A stretch of 64,000 nt of DNA from Dipteris shenzhenensis (lineage: Eukaryota). The stretch lies in the NCBI GenBank assembly GCA_047967505.1, contig CM106538.1; one strand, given 5' to 3'. The notes under the pieces were generated by a model. It had not been told where the DNA came from. It saw only the letters and a program-made list of their open reading frames with translations, and ran no database searches. Positions 51,344-63,753 of this stretch are shown here, piece after piece; position 1 is the first letter of the stretch; each line of letters opens with the position of its first letter. The position numbers were made by a program, and so were the translations under genes.

Positions 51344-54300
51344 TCAGCTTTGTAGGAGATAGGGGTAGTCCTGCACAATGCTCTCGGGTTGCCAAGAATT
51401 CTCATCTTCAGATAAACCTTTCCATTTGATGAGGTATTCTATGTAAGCCTTGTTCCTGAGCACATGATCTCTGAAGCCTTTGATTTGCTCTGGCACATAA
51501 ATGATGTGGCCCTCTTCATCCATAGGCGGGAACTGAGGAAGAACTTGGACATGCTGTCCTACATGTGGTTTCAACAAGGATACATGGAAAACATTATGGA
51601 TCCTTGAGGTCCTGGGTAGTTCCAACTGATATGCTACCTTCCCAAATCTGCGGACGATTTTGTAGGGACCATAATACCTGTGGGCAAGCTTTGTGTTGGT
51701 ATTACCTTTCAGCGAGGCATATCGATTCTTATGGAGACGTAAATGCACATAATCCCCTTCTTCAAAAGATAAGTACCTCCTTTGTTCATCCGCATACTTC
51801 TTCTGCTTGGCTTGGGCATCCTGCATATTCTTCTTAGCCAACTGCAGAAGGGCATCCATACTCTCCAAGTCATTTCTTGCTTGCTGATTTTTCACAGCCA
51901 AGTCTGCAACCCTAGAAGGCATTCCCACTTTGCATCCATACATTGCCTCGAATGACTCATGCCAATAGAGAGGTGTTTGGTGCTGTTGTAACAAAATTCA
52001 GCCAATGCTAACCATTTGTCCCAAGACTTCTGTGTGTCATGACAATAATGCCTTAAATATTCCTCCAGCCATTTGTTCACCCTCTCTAATTGTCCATCCG
52101 TTTGGGGATGATAAGGAGTACTAGGCGCAAGGGAAGTACCAACTGCAGTGAATAACTCCTGCCAAAAGTGACCCATAAACTTAGCATCCCTGTCACTGAC
52201 AATCTCTTGAGGAAAACCATGGTGCTTGAACACATTCTCAATGAATTGCTAGGCAACCTGTGAAGCGGAGTACCGAGTCCTAGTCGGTATGAAATGGGCC
52301 GGCTTGGTCATCTTGTCAACCACTACGAATATGCTATCCCAACCCTTATCTGTAGAAGGCAAGCCTGTAATGAAATCCATGGCAATGTGAGTCCATTTGC
52401 CTTCAGGAATGGGTAGCGGTTGCAGAAGGCCTGCAGGTAACCGGCTGTCCACTTTATTTGGTTGGCAGGGCAAACATTCACTGACATACTTAACCACATC
52501 TCGCCACAAGCCATCCCACATAAAGCTTTCTTTGACCTTCTCATATGTTTTGGTGATACCCGTATGCCCTGACATAGGAGATGAGTGCATTTCTTGTAAG
52601 ACCAACAACCTGTACTTGGAGTCTGGTACAAGATAAATTCTATCCTTGCACCATAACAGTCCATTGCGGAGCTGAAATCGAACATGTTCTTGGCTGGACG
52701 GACTGTGTAACTCCACAAAGATAGGGGCTGCATCAGAATTTTGCATGTATTCCTCCTGAATCCCAAGTATCCACTCCTGATGAAGCGTGGAAATGGCAGA
52801 CAGTTTGCATGACCACATCCTGGACAAGGCATCAACAACCACATTCTTTTTCCCTTTTCTATACTCAATGTCAAAGTCATAGGACTGAACTGCAGCCAAC
52901 CATCTCTTTTGCTTCATGGATAAATTAGGTTGCGTTAAAAAGTACTTGAGTGTCCTGTGATCCGTTTTGACCTTAATCTTGCTACCGTACAGGTAGTGGT
53001 GCCATTTTGCAAAAGCATGCAAGATTGCCAGCATCTCCTGATCGTAGACATGATAATTCATTTCCCTGGCATTAAACTTCCTGCTCTCAAAAGCAATCAC
53101 CCCATGTTCCTGTCTTAGGACAGCCCCTAAACCTTTGCCACTGGCATCCGTCTCAACAATGAAAGACCGTGAGAAATCAGGGCACACCAATACAGGTGCA
53201 TTACTAAGGGCATCCTTGAGATTCTCAAAACTGAGTTGTGCTGCTTCTGACCATTGGAAGGCATCTTTTTTCAGCAAATCAGTGAGAGGGGCAGCCCTTT
53301 TGGCAAAGTGTCTGATGAACCTCCTGTAAAAAGAAGCAAGACCCAAAAAACCCCTGAGCTGCGTGGTATTATGTGGTTGCGGCCACTCCTTAATGCATTT
53401 CATTTTAGTTGGGTCTACCCTGATTCCATGCCTGCTTACAACATGTCCAAGATATTCAACCTCATCTGCCATAAATGTGCACTTGCTGGCCTTGGCATAA
53501 AGCTGATGCATCCTCAAGATTTCTAGCACTTGTCGGACCTGGCCTATGTGTTCCTGTGCATCCTTTCTGTAAATGAGAATGTCATCAAAAAATACCAGCA
53601 CACATTTGAAAAGAAGGGGGTGTAAAATCTTGTTCATGAGTGCCTGGAAGGTGGCTGGTGCATTAGTCAAACCAAAAGGCATCACCTTGAACTCATATAA
53701 TCCTCTTTCTGTACGAAAGGCAGTCTTATGCTCATCACCCTCTTTCATCTTGATCTGATGGTAACCTGACCTCAAATTAATCTTCGTGAAATACTGAGCA
53801 CCCTTGAGTTCATCCAGCAGGTCATCAATCCTGGGAATAGGAAACCTGTTCTTAATGGTGGTCTTATTCAAATCCCTGTAATCAATGCACATGCGGAAAG
53901 AGCCATCCTTCTTCTTCACCAGGAGTACTGGAGATGCAAATGGCGAGGTGCTATGAGCAATGAAGTTTTTCTCAAGCAAATCTCGCACCTGTGTTGCCAC
54001 TTCTTCCCGTTCAACCTTAGAGAGTCGGTACGGGGCCTTGTTTATTGGTTTACTACCATGTTCCAGGACTATGGCATGATCAACATCTCTTTTTGGGGGC
54101 AACTGAGATGGCATATCAGCAAACACATCCCCAAATTCTAAGAGCAATTTCTGCATTTCACAATTATCCACATTAGGAATGCCACCTTCCTGAGGTACAG
54201 GGACATTCAATGCATATATGGCACTTTCTTTCTTGAGCTCCCTAGCTAGCTGCCTTGCTGAAATGACCTGCAATTTCCGAGTTACCACGCCCTGCAATGT

Positions 54301-56863
54301 AACCGATCTACCCTTGTGGCAAAATTCAAGAGATAAGGCATTCAAATCTATGCTGATTTTCCCCAATGATTGCAGCCAATCACACCCCAGGACAGCATCT
54401 ATTGGCCCCATATCCAATGCCAGAAGATCACCTGCAAACTCATAGTCTTCAGAGAACTTGATCCTGGCATCCTGGCAACAATGTCTGCTGACTGTCCATT
54501 AGCTATCTCCACTTTCAGGCCATGGTCTATCTTAGTAGCAATCAATCCCACTCTTTGCAATGTCCTGCAATTAATGAAACTGTGAGTGCTACCACTGTCT
54601 ACCAATACATGAACAGATCTGCCATTAATCATTCCTTTCAACCTGATTGTGTCAGCACTTTTGGCACCCATCAAGGCATGACGTGAGATGGTATACAGCT
54701 TAGACTGGGCATCCCAATAAATCTGCTCATCATCCACAGGAACATTACCATTAGCATCACCTCTGACATGAAAAGGCATTGTAAGTTGATGCTCCACCCG
54801 AGAGAATGTTGGCTTACAGCCTTTCTTGCCACATGTAGGCTGAATATCAATCTCATGCAACACATGAGTGGCTTACTCAGTAGCCCCACCCGGGTCAAAG
54901 GGAAATGCAGTCCCCTTTGTGGCTGCTGTGTTAGGAGCTTCATTTGCATCATGAGCTCCTGTCAATTCCTCATGAGGGACATCATGGGGGTCTGCAACAT
55001 CAGTGACTTCCTCATCATCTGAGAATTCAATTATCATGCTGAGTTTGGCTGAGCTGACATTCTTCATCTTGCACACATCTCGATGCTCAGGTGTCCATTT
55101 CTCTCCACATCTAAAGCATAGATTAGCCTTTTTCCTACTGTCCATTATGGCCCTGGAGTGTTATTTAACATCTGATTTGTCAGAACTTGCACTGGGTTTG
55201 ACACCTGGCATTGCGTCCGGTATGGCTTGGCATATGGCATTTTACTCCCTATAACCGTTGGATATCGTGGAAAGGGGGCAACTGCTGATTTCCTATCAGC
55301 CCAATCAGCAGACTTTGACTTCCTGTCAGCCTCATAAACAGCACCATAAGAGCTACCTGACACAAGCTTGTACTTGCCCGCATATTTTGGCTCAAACACC
55401 TCAGCTAGCTGGGCTGCCTGCTCAATGGTTTGGGGATTATGAGCTCTCACATCAGCAGCCAGAGGGGAATTTAAGCCTTGAATAAAATGCAGCAGCTTCC
55501 CCTTCTCAGAAATTTCTTGTACAAACAAGGAAAGTCTCCAAAAACGCTGCAAGTACTCCTGGACCGTACCCATCTGAGATAGTGCATAAAACTCAGCAAG
55601 GTACTGCTCTAGGATTGGGGCCGAGACGAAAGTCGTGACCATAAGCTCCTTGAACTGTTTCCATGTGGTCGGCTTCTAAGGTGACTCTCTCATGTACCGC
55701 CACCATGTATGTGCATAATCCTGTAAATGCATACTAGCAAAAATGATCCTGTCCTCATCGTTCTTAGGGTAGAAGCGGAAATAATCTTCCAAGTTCGTGA
55801 GCCACTCCTCCAACTCATTGGGAGTGCGAGTGTCCCCTTTAAACTTGTGCACAGAGAGCTTGTCTTTCACATCTTTGGCTGCATTATTCCTGAAGTGACC
55901 ACCAGCATATCTAGCATCCTCACGCTTAAAGCTCACATATTGTGAAAAGGGCATTTCATCACGTACATCCTCAGGCAAGGCCCTGTACGAATGTAAGGCA
56001 TCTGAGAACATATCATCCATGTTTGCATGCTGCCCAATTCCAGCATCCTGGTGGATAGGAGAACCACTCCCCTGATGCACAAAATGCGTTTGGCTGAAAG
56101 CATTACCTCCCTGATACACAGGCTGAGTTTGACTGAATGTGTTCATAGGAGGTGTCATCGAAGCATGCAATCCCTGCTGAGTCTGTCTACCAAAAACATC
56201 ACGGTGAGTGGGTGGCATAGAGAAAGGCTGAGAAGAGGACTGGCCTCTCTCCCAACTGCCTCGAAAACCAACACCCAATCCAGGCATGCTCGCCGTGGGC
56301 GGAAATGTGCCAGTAGGCTGGCCCAAAATGGATGGCTCAGCCAATGAAATCTGCGAGCCAAATGGCGGCCTGGCATCAAACAATGAAGTGCTCGGTGGCA
56401 CGGGCAAGGCATCACCCATATCAACATAATCCCCATGCTGGGGTGCATGCATAGAACCAGAATCATAAGTGCGACGGGCATCAGCCATAAACCCCCTGCG
56501 CGGGTCAGAAAAATCACCCTGGCTATCCGACTGATCCCCGTGCTGGGGTGCGGGCTGCTTGCCCTTATCATGCATAGTGATGGCAGTAGTGATCTGCTGC
56601 CCAATGTGCTGACCCATCTGGGTGATAGCTGTATCGTGCATAGCCATAGCAGTGGTGAGCTGCTGCCCCAACTGCTGACCCATCTGTTGAAAAGCCCCCT
56701 GAAGCATTGAGGCCAATGCATCTAGAAACTGTGTGTCGGTAGGCATAGCAGAAACTGGCTGTGAAGGAGATGCACCCTCTGTAACTGGCATCTGCTCCTG
56801 CTGAGCAACATCATCGCCATGCTGAGACGTCTCATCTGATCGGGGTGCACGCTTGGGGGCCAT
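51344..56863 (-). pseudogene. gag-pol polyprotein, disrupted
   Basis: Starts MAPKRAPR; in-frame stops at 55676-55678, 54873-54875 and 52249-52251; frameshifts near 55200, 54450 and 51960. Confidence 0.93.
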
Positions 56864-57818
56864 GAGTGCGCGATGTAGTCGATGAAGAGGCTTGAAGAAA
56901 ACTTGGTGAAGAGGATGGAGAGAATGCTCGAAATGAGCCAAAAAAAGTGGCTGAGAAGGGCCCAGAATAGGGCTGTAGAAGTACCCTAAAAGAGGTTTTT
57001 TTTTTTTTTTTTTTTTTTTTGGGGGAAAGCCCTAGGACTGTCCTAGCCTAGCTAGGACTGCTAAGACTGTCCTAGCCTATCTAGGACCGTTCAGACTGTT
57101 AGGACTAGACTAACTAAACTAACCCACAACTAACGAGTTAACTACCCCCCAGGTTAACTAACCTTACTAACTTTAGGAAATAGATTAGAAAATTATTCTA
57201 AGGTATGAAAGCGGTGGTGGAAACGGTGGCCAGCGAGAGGCGCGGGCGGGTGACGAAAACGGTGGCGACGGAAGGGGGAACAAAAACGGGACGATGGAAG
57301 GCGGTGGCTGTGGCGGAGGACTGGACGCACGACGGAGACGGAAACGGTGGGCACGACGGAGGTTGGGTGGCTGTGGCGGAGACGGAAAGCGATGGTGATG
57401 AGATGTGTTCCGTTCGACGATGGCGGAGATGCGATGGCAGAATGATGCGAGGGTGGTGGAGATGTGGAAATTGTCGTGGTTGTCTTCTGGCCGGTGTCAG
57501 CTTCTACGACGAAGCTATGAAATCAAGCCTATGTATGGAGCGGTGGCAAGGAGAAAAGAAAAACGAGCTTGAGCTGGAGCGACGGACGGCAGAGTTGGAG
57601 GCGCGACGGACGGCAGAGTTCCCTCTTCCCTTTTCTGCTTCAGCTTATCTCCTTCATGTTCATCAGCACCACGATAACCTGCATCTCTTCCCGCGAAGGA
57701 GAACCAGAAAGAAGACGGACGTCGATTGGGTTACGATGTGACCCTGGCAGTATAAATGAAAATGACATCGAAGTATGCAGCACTTGAGATGTCTTCTCCC
57801 ACAATAGGCCCGAGAACT

Positions 57819-57830
57819 GCTCTGATACCA
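57819..57830 (-). promoter_or_regulatory. Primer-binding site, initiator tRNA-Met
   Basis: TGGTATCAGAGC one base inside the 5' LTR boundary. Confidence 0.95.
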
Positions 57831-57831
57831 A

Positions 57832-58102
57832 TGTAGAGGAGGGGGAACGGGGAAGGAGAAGAAGGCCACGGAGGGCAGGGTGAGAATGAGTGGAAAAGGG
57901 AGGAAGAGGGTAGAGTGAACTAGGTAGGGGAAGTGCACAGGAGAGGAGGAGCAGAAGTGATGTAGATTCGATGTCAAATCAATACGTACCTTACAAATCT
58001 TTTGGGGTTGACTTATATAGTCCCCCTCATTCCCCACAATTCCCTTCCTATTTTCCCACCTATTTCCCACATAAAACCCGTCCTTTTCCCACCTTCATTA
58101 CA
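57832..58102 (-). repeat. 5' LTR (271 bp)
   Basis: Matches 50996-51266 except one G/A. Confidence 0.98.
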
Positions 58103-58249
58103 ATGATAAATGTTTGTCGTGTAGATTTCTCACTTTTGTCCTTGGTTAAGTTTATGATGAAAGATCGATGTTTCAAGAGTTCCCTGACATTCTAGATGCT
58201 TATAAAGAAGCACTTTAGTTGTGGTCAACTAAATGAAAGATAGAGGGAA

Positions 58250-59890
58250 TGTCACTTCTCTTCACAAAAGACATCCCAATTGCTTGGTATTCATTTATTT
58301 CATATCTTACTTGCTAAAATTTCAAGCTCTTTAAATGAGGATATGTCAAAAGAATGCATATGTTTTCCTATTGATCAGCTAGGTACTAGTTGGCTAGGGT
58401 CTAGCATTTGAGGGTGGACCTCCATTGAAGGGGTTATAGGCATTAGTGTCCCACAAGTTGAGACATATCTCTTTAAGAGAAACGTAAAGACTACACCCCA
58501 ACTGAGTACCCAAATATGGGACCAATCAAATGCATAGAATGCAGACCGACCCGGCAACTATTAAAGAGAATGTTCACAGTAGCCTTGGATGTGAGCGTGT
58601 TAACATGTTCCTACATGATAGTCTGAAAACATAATCAGCTATACATTAGTTTAAGACTGAGAGTTTTTCAGTTTGGATTTAAACTGTTTAATGATTGCTA
58701 TGCCTTCACGATGTACTGCCCATTTTCTGTCCTACCTAGCAGCCTTGACCTTGGCTAATTCCGTTGCCTTATTCTTCAATTGAGCTCGTGTGAGTTTCTC
58801 AGCTATCCCTATCTTGTTCCCTTTTAACTTGTAGGATTGTCAGAGAAGCTTGACAGGTAGATCTCATGAGTTAAGTGTAATAATAGCATGGTCTTTAGAG
58901 TGGAGGATACGGGTTGCTCTAGCTTAATCTTCATCATGAAGATCCTCATCCTTGTCCACCATCCAATTAATACTAGGCATGGCCGCTTTGACATGTGCTA
59001 GAGTACCACTAAAAGAGTCCTTCTCTTTGTACCATCCTTCAGGGAGTCCCCCAATTCTAATAATCAAAGTATTATCATGTCTAGCTGCATGTTTATTGAT
59101 CTCTTCTTGGATATCAGCTTTATTTACCTTTGCATCAAATTGTATAGTTACTTTCTTTTTAACAATTTGTATCTGAGTATGAACTAGATCTTTAGCTGTA
59201 GAGAGGGGTAGGAGGGCAAGCCTCGCAAGACTTTACCACATCATCAATTACTGCTTGCTTGCCAAGTTCTTCAAGAACTTCAATTATTTCCACTGCATCC
59301 CCTAGTTGTATCCTTAAATCTCTCACCTCTTGCTGTAGATAATAAATCTGTTCATGGTGCCCAATGATGGGCTGGTTCAGACCTCCTCGTAGGTATATGT
59401 GTGCATACGGAAAGGGTGTCATAGCTGCGATTGTGGCATATCATTACCTACTGGCTGAAGCTGTTGGGGTGGAGGGAGACTTCGAAGAGAGGCTGGGCCA
59501 CTCCTTTCTGGCCATGTCTGGCTGCTACCCCCTAGACTGAGCTAACCCCCCCAGTGGGCTAGGGGTTTCAGGCCAGCTTGGGGTTGGATGAAGAAAGAAA
59601 GGATGCTGCCCCCCTGACCTTGTGCTGGAGCTGTTAGTGGAGAAAAGAGGGGGTGACCTCCCTGATATGCTGAAGCTATTCGACCTAAACCCGCTCCTAT
59701 ATGTGATTGTGAGTGGCGAGGCTGTTGCTAGGTGGCTAGATGGGAGGGCTAGGTGGAGAGGGCTACGACGGGTGGAGTAGAGTCTATGACGGACGGGGGC
59801 TACGGGCTAAGGGGTTAGGGTTACGATGGACGGTGGCTACAACGGTGGGCTACGATGAATGACGAACAGGGGCTACGACGAATGACCAAC
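58250..59890 (-). mobile_element. LINE ORF1-like element, copy B
   Basis: MTPFPYA...QQEVRDLRIQL...GKQAVIDDVVKSC aligns with copy A; downstream non-coding block 58250-58610 matches 38630-38965. Confidence 0.65.
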
Positions 59891-59929
59891 CAGTGCACTG
59901 CCAGGCATCTGGGGCTAGGATCAAATCAA

Positions 59930-61500
59930 TCGGCTTTCTCACGACGATGCTTGAGGAGATTTTGAAGATCTTTGATCGAGGGGCCTGTTGTGGCTTCTAA
60001 TGGATTGTATGAGGCCTGATAGTGGGGTACTTACGATGTCAGGTTTGGTATTGACATATAAGCTGAGTAGTAGATAGCCGCGGTGCTAGAGAATGTGTGG
60101 CACAAGCCATTGTATTGAAGCTTGGCCAAACTCTCTTCGAATAGGCAAGTCCTTGTGGCCAACTAGGACCTGTTGGCCATGGCCTAGTACATAGCCTCTT
60201 GCTGGTGCTTTCACAGGGGTTTCATGGAGCAGCTCAGGTGCTTGGTGCACAATTTCTTGTTGGCAGGATCGGATGGTACCAGGAACACTAGAGCTAGGTT
60301 GCTTGGCAGATAGTGATCCATGTAGAGAGGGGACTTGGTATTATTGGTCCAGAAATGCAGAGCAAAGCCTGTGCTAGGCGAGCTTGTAGTGGGTGGTCTC
60401 ACCCTAGGATTGTAGGTTTGGAAGCTATTGCTCCAACAAGGGTTTCTCAAGAACACCTCCTGCACAAGAGGACAGTGGCAAAGTCTCATCAATGGATCTT
60501 TTGAGAGGCGCCCCTCAGAGGGAAGGGGTCAATATTGATGAGGAGCTTACATAGGGTTTGGTAGTGCTTGTCTAGGGGACTCATATATAGTGAGCCCTTG
60601 ATAAAGTGAGGAGTTTAAGTGTGAGCCCTTCTCTAGCATTCGGAGGTCCAGGATCATAAGGGCTGCATGCTGAGGCAACGAACATATTAATTGTGTGAAG
60701 TGGAACAATGGCTCAGCTAGTTACTTTGGAGCATGGAGTCGGCTCCCCCAAGAGACAAAGGCATGTGTGAGAGTCTTCTCCCTACCTGGGTGGGCATGAG
60801 AATGTGGGGGATAAATGCCACCATCTTTGATTTTTGTAAGGCTGGTCTACACAGAGCCTTAGCTCCCTCAAGCTGGTATGGGTAATTCTTTAAAATAGGT
60901 GTGCCCCTGAGGATCCTTTATATGCATTGACTTTTGCCCCATGCATCATAGAGTGGGGCTAGGGGGGGTTCTCTAGCATAATTAGAGGGAGACTAAGAGT
61001 TGGATGGGGCCTTGGAGATGCTTGAGTGGCAGTGGATAAGAGTTCTGGGTCTTCTTGGTAAGGGTTTGTCCATTGACCCAATATGAGTCTCTTTGCGGAA
61101 AAAGAGGTCATGATAGAGGCTTTGCTTATGGGAGGGCTGCCTCCTTTGAGAAGTACAGTGGGATCCCAACGATTGGTTGTGGCCTTCTAGAGTAGGGAAC
61201 ATGCACTCATAGAGGATTATAGAGGCACCCTTCTTCTTGTACACCATATGCATTGGTCACTGTCTTCATATTGAAGTGGATGCCTAGACCCCTTCGAGAG
61301 AGCAGCATTGGATAGAGTAGCAGGTGCCCTAGGAGGTCATTTCTAGACCTTGGTTGTGACTATGGACTAGCCTTCGTGCATGGAAGGTTACATATTTCTT
61401 ATGGATTGTGGAGCAGGAGGTGTTGCCCATTGGACCTTAGTTGGAGTAGATGAGAGCAGATGGGAGATGCCACCAATGTATAGCTGGAGACGACCCTGAG
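59930..61500 (+). mobile_element. Old degenerate ORF2 fragment related to the 41809-48600 LINE
   Basis: e.g. ttggccatggcctagtacatagcctcttgctggtgcttt (~60173) vs ctggccacggccaggtatgtggcctcttgttggtgcttc (~46582); VHNFLLAGSDGTRNTRA vs VRNFLWSGGDGLRDTRA. Confidence 0.8.
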
Positions 61501-62927
61501 ATAATTTGCATTGCCTATCGCAGCAGAGAGGATGTGGTGGGGGGCCAGAAAGATGATGGCTAGGATGTAGTGGATGCAACAAGATTTCACTTGGGACATG
61601 GCATGAACCTTCTCAATTGACGTGCTTTCGCCAGCCTACAAGATCCATAGACAGAGGTTCTTCTAGATTGAAGTGCAAGATGGGCCTCCTCCTCCCTCCT
61701 AGCAACTGGTATCCTCACCAAAGGATTCTTTAGGAGAGGTCTCCAGCATCACTGCTTGGAACACCTAGCTCGCCCCTTGCAATTGGGTGAGGGAAGGCTA
61801 GCAGGTCCCTCAACTGCCACCCTTGTTGCCGAGTGGCAGGATATCATCTATACCGTGCACACCATATGGGAGTGGGGGACGATGGCATCTTGGATGACCA
61901 GTGAGAGGTGGGCACATTTCTGCAAGGCTTGGTTTGCAGGTTTCTTCTACATATTCATGGAGCGAGGCATTCTTTGGTTGTATAGTCCCCGCCTTGGTTG
62001 TTGGCCCCTATTTCCAGGGACTCCCTAGGCAGTGAGCTGGGCTCTCTGAAAACCAGCTAATCGACAACCAGTTTTTTTTTCATTGTATTGCTTGCACGAC
62101 CAGTGCCACATGGATAGCTGATTTGTATTATTGGTTTTTTCTCAAGCATTAATAGAAAGCTCTTTTGAGGGGGGGGGGGGGGATTTTGCATTGTTTCTAG
62201 GTGAGCCGCTCTCTTCAATCACGTACATGTTTGACGAATTACGGACAAGGCTTTTTCTGACCTCAACTTGTTGGAGACATTGTCGGAGACCACCAAGATT
62301 TTGCTTAGGGAAACTCTCTACACTTAGGTGTGCACTTGGTCCTCCCTTGGTACCATGGTTTGTGCCTTTAGGGCATGAAGAGGATGCACCAATTCCCGAC
62401 TATTTCCTCTCTCCCCCCTGCACTTGTTCCTAATCCACAGCAGCCCTTCGTCCTCTTTTTACTTCCCTTGCCCCCTTTTGAGTTCTCCTCTTCTTCCTTC
62501 CCTTTCCCCCTGCCAGTTCTCCTCCTCTTCTCCCCCCTTACCCTATCCTTTAGCGAGCTCCTCTTGTTGCTTTGCATCTCCAACCCTGATTCTCCTCTTC
62601 CCCTGTACCCTCCCCTCCCTTTTTTCTGGTCTGTGGGCTCTTCTCCTCCTCCTCTTTTTATGTGTCTTCAAGCCCTATGCCCAAGAAAATACATAATTTG
62701 CATAAAGGGCTTGAGCAAAGGCCTTGATGGAGTTTTATGCCACTAGATAACTTCAAGTTTCCACAAAAACCCCTCTCCCTTTTCAAACTGGCTAAAGCCC
62801 TCTCTTGCCATGGTCCTTTATTATAGTGATTAAATTTTTGTATTCTTGAGATTTTGTGGTATGATCAAATTGAAGAGAACTTTGCAAGCCTTACCACTAA
62901 TTTCTCTTCTTTTTGTTTGAACATCAG

Positions 62928-63056
62928 CCTCATGATGCAACACCAGAAGAAATCAAGAAGGCGTACTATTCTTGTATGAAAGTCTGCCATCCCGACTTGG
63001 CTGGAGAAGATGCAGAAACTACATCATTCTGTATGTTTGTCAACGAAATTTATGAG
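62928..63056 (+). CDS. DJC77: DnaJ-ferredoxin exon 2 (J domain with HPD)
   Basis: Polypyrimidine tract and CAG acceptor; PHDATPEEIKKAYYSCMKVCHPDL...FCMFVNEIYE; GT donor at 63057. Confidence 0.95.
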
Positions 63057-63327
63057 GTATACCCAATTTTCATGTTTGCTAGTTTTGCATATAAGAAATT
63101 TGAGAACTTGTGTTGTACTTAACAAACTGTCCTTGTGTGAACTTAGGGTCTGTATCATGAACCAGTGGCTTGCCCCCCGTTCTGAATGTTAACTGCTTTT
63201 AGTCTAGCATATGCTAACAAATAAATTCTCTTCTTAGTGTGACATTGTAACCTTCTTGGTCTTTGGCTTTGCATGAGGTTTTTCTGCTGGGGTATTGGGC
63301 TAAATGCTATAGTTTGTGGAGATGCAG

Positions 63328-63457
63328 ATTTTAAGCGATCCAGTGCAACGCATGGTTTATGATGAGATCAATGGGTATTCTCTGGTGTCTACAAATCCCT
63401 TTAAGGATACTTCCAAGCCAAAAGATCACGTTTTTGTTGACGAGTTTACATGCATAG
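63328..63457 (+). CDS. DJC77: DnaJ-ferredoxin exon 3
   Basis: CAG acceptor; ILSDPVQRMVYDEING...NPF...DHVFVDEFTCI(G); GTAAT donor. Confidence 0.95.
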
Positions 63458-63632
63458 GTAATTTGCATGAGTAATCACTGTACTCAAAGCAATATCCATT
63501 TTTGCATTAGACAGCCTTGACTGGTGTATTATGGTCATGAACTAACTTATCGCCATTTTGGAATCTTGGCTTAGCGGTGGGTGCAAACAGGTAAAAATTT
63601 TCTCACTTTGAAAGCTATTTGTACATGTACAG

Positions 63633-63753
63633 GCTGTAAAAACTGTGCAAACACTGCTCCAAAGACATTTGAGATTGAGGAAGATTTTGGAAGAGCACGT
63701 GCAGTATTCCAATGTGGGAGGGTCTCTGTTGTTCAACAAGCCATTGACACATG
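63633..63753 (+). CDS. DJC77: DnaJ-ferredoxin exon 4 (4Fe-4S ferredoxin domain); gene continues beyond the window
   Basis: CAG acceptor; (G)CKNCANTAPKTFEIEEDFGRARA...VQQAIDT(C); completes CxxCxxC across the intron; GTTAG donor. Confidence 0.95.

Larger units (their letters stand above)
50996..58102 (-). mobile_element. Young full-length Ty3/gypsy chromovirus (Reina-like), 7.1 kb
   Basis: LTRs 50996-51266 and 57832-58102; TSD ATGAT 50991-50995 and 58103-58107; PBS TGGTATCAGAGC 57830-57819; PPT 51280-51267; gag, PR (LVDSGSTHSFI), RT (FFDDILIY), RH, INT, chromodomain. Confidence 0.98.

Noticed and set aside
57205-57741. 178-aa antisense ORF in the Ty3 leader
   Set aside because: Arises from GC-rich repetitive leader sequence; no recognisable domain
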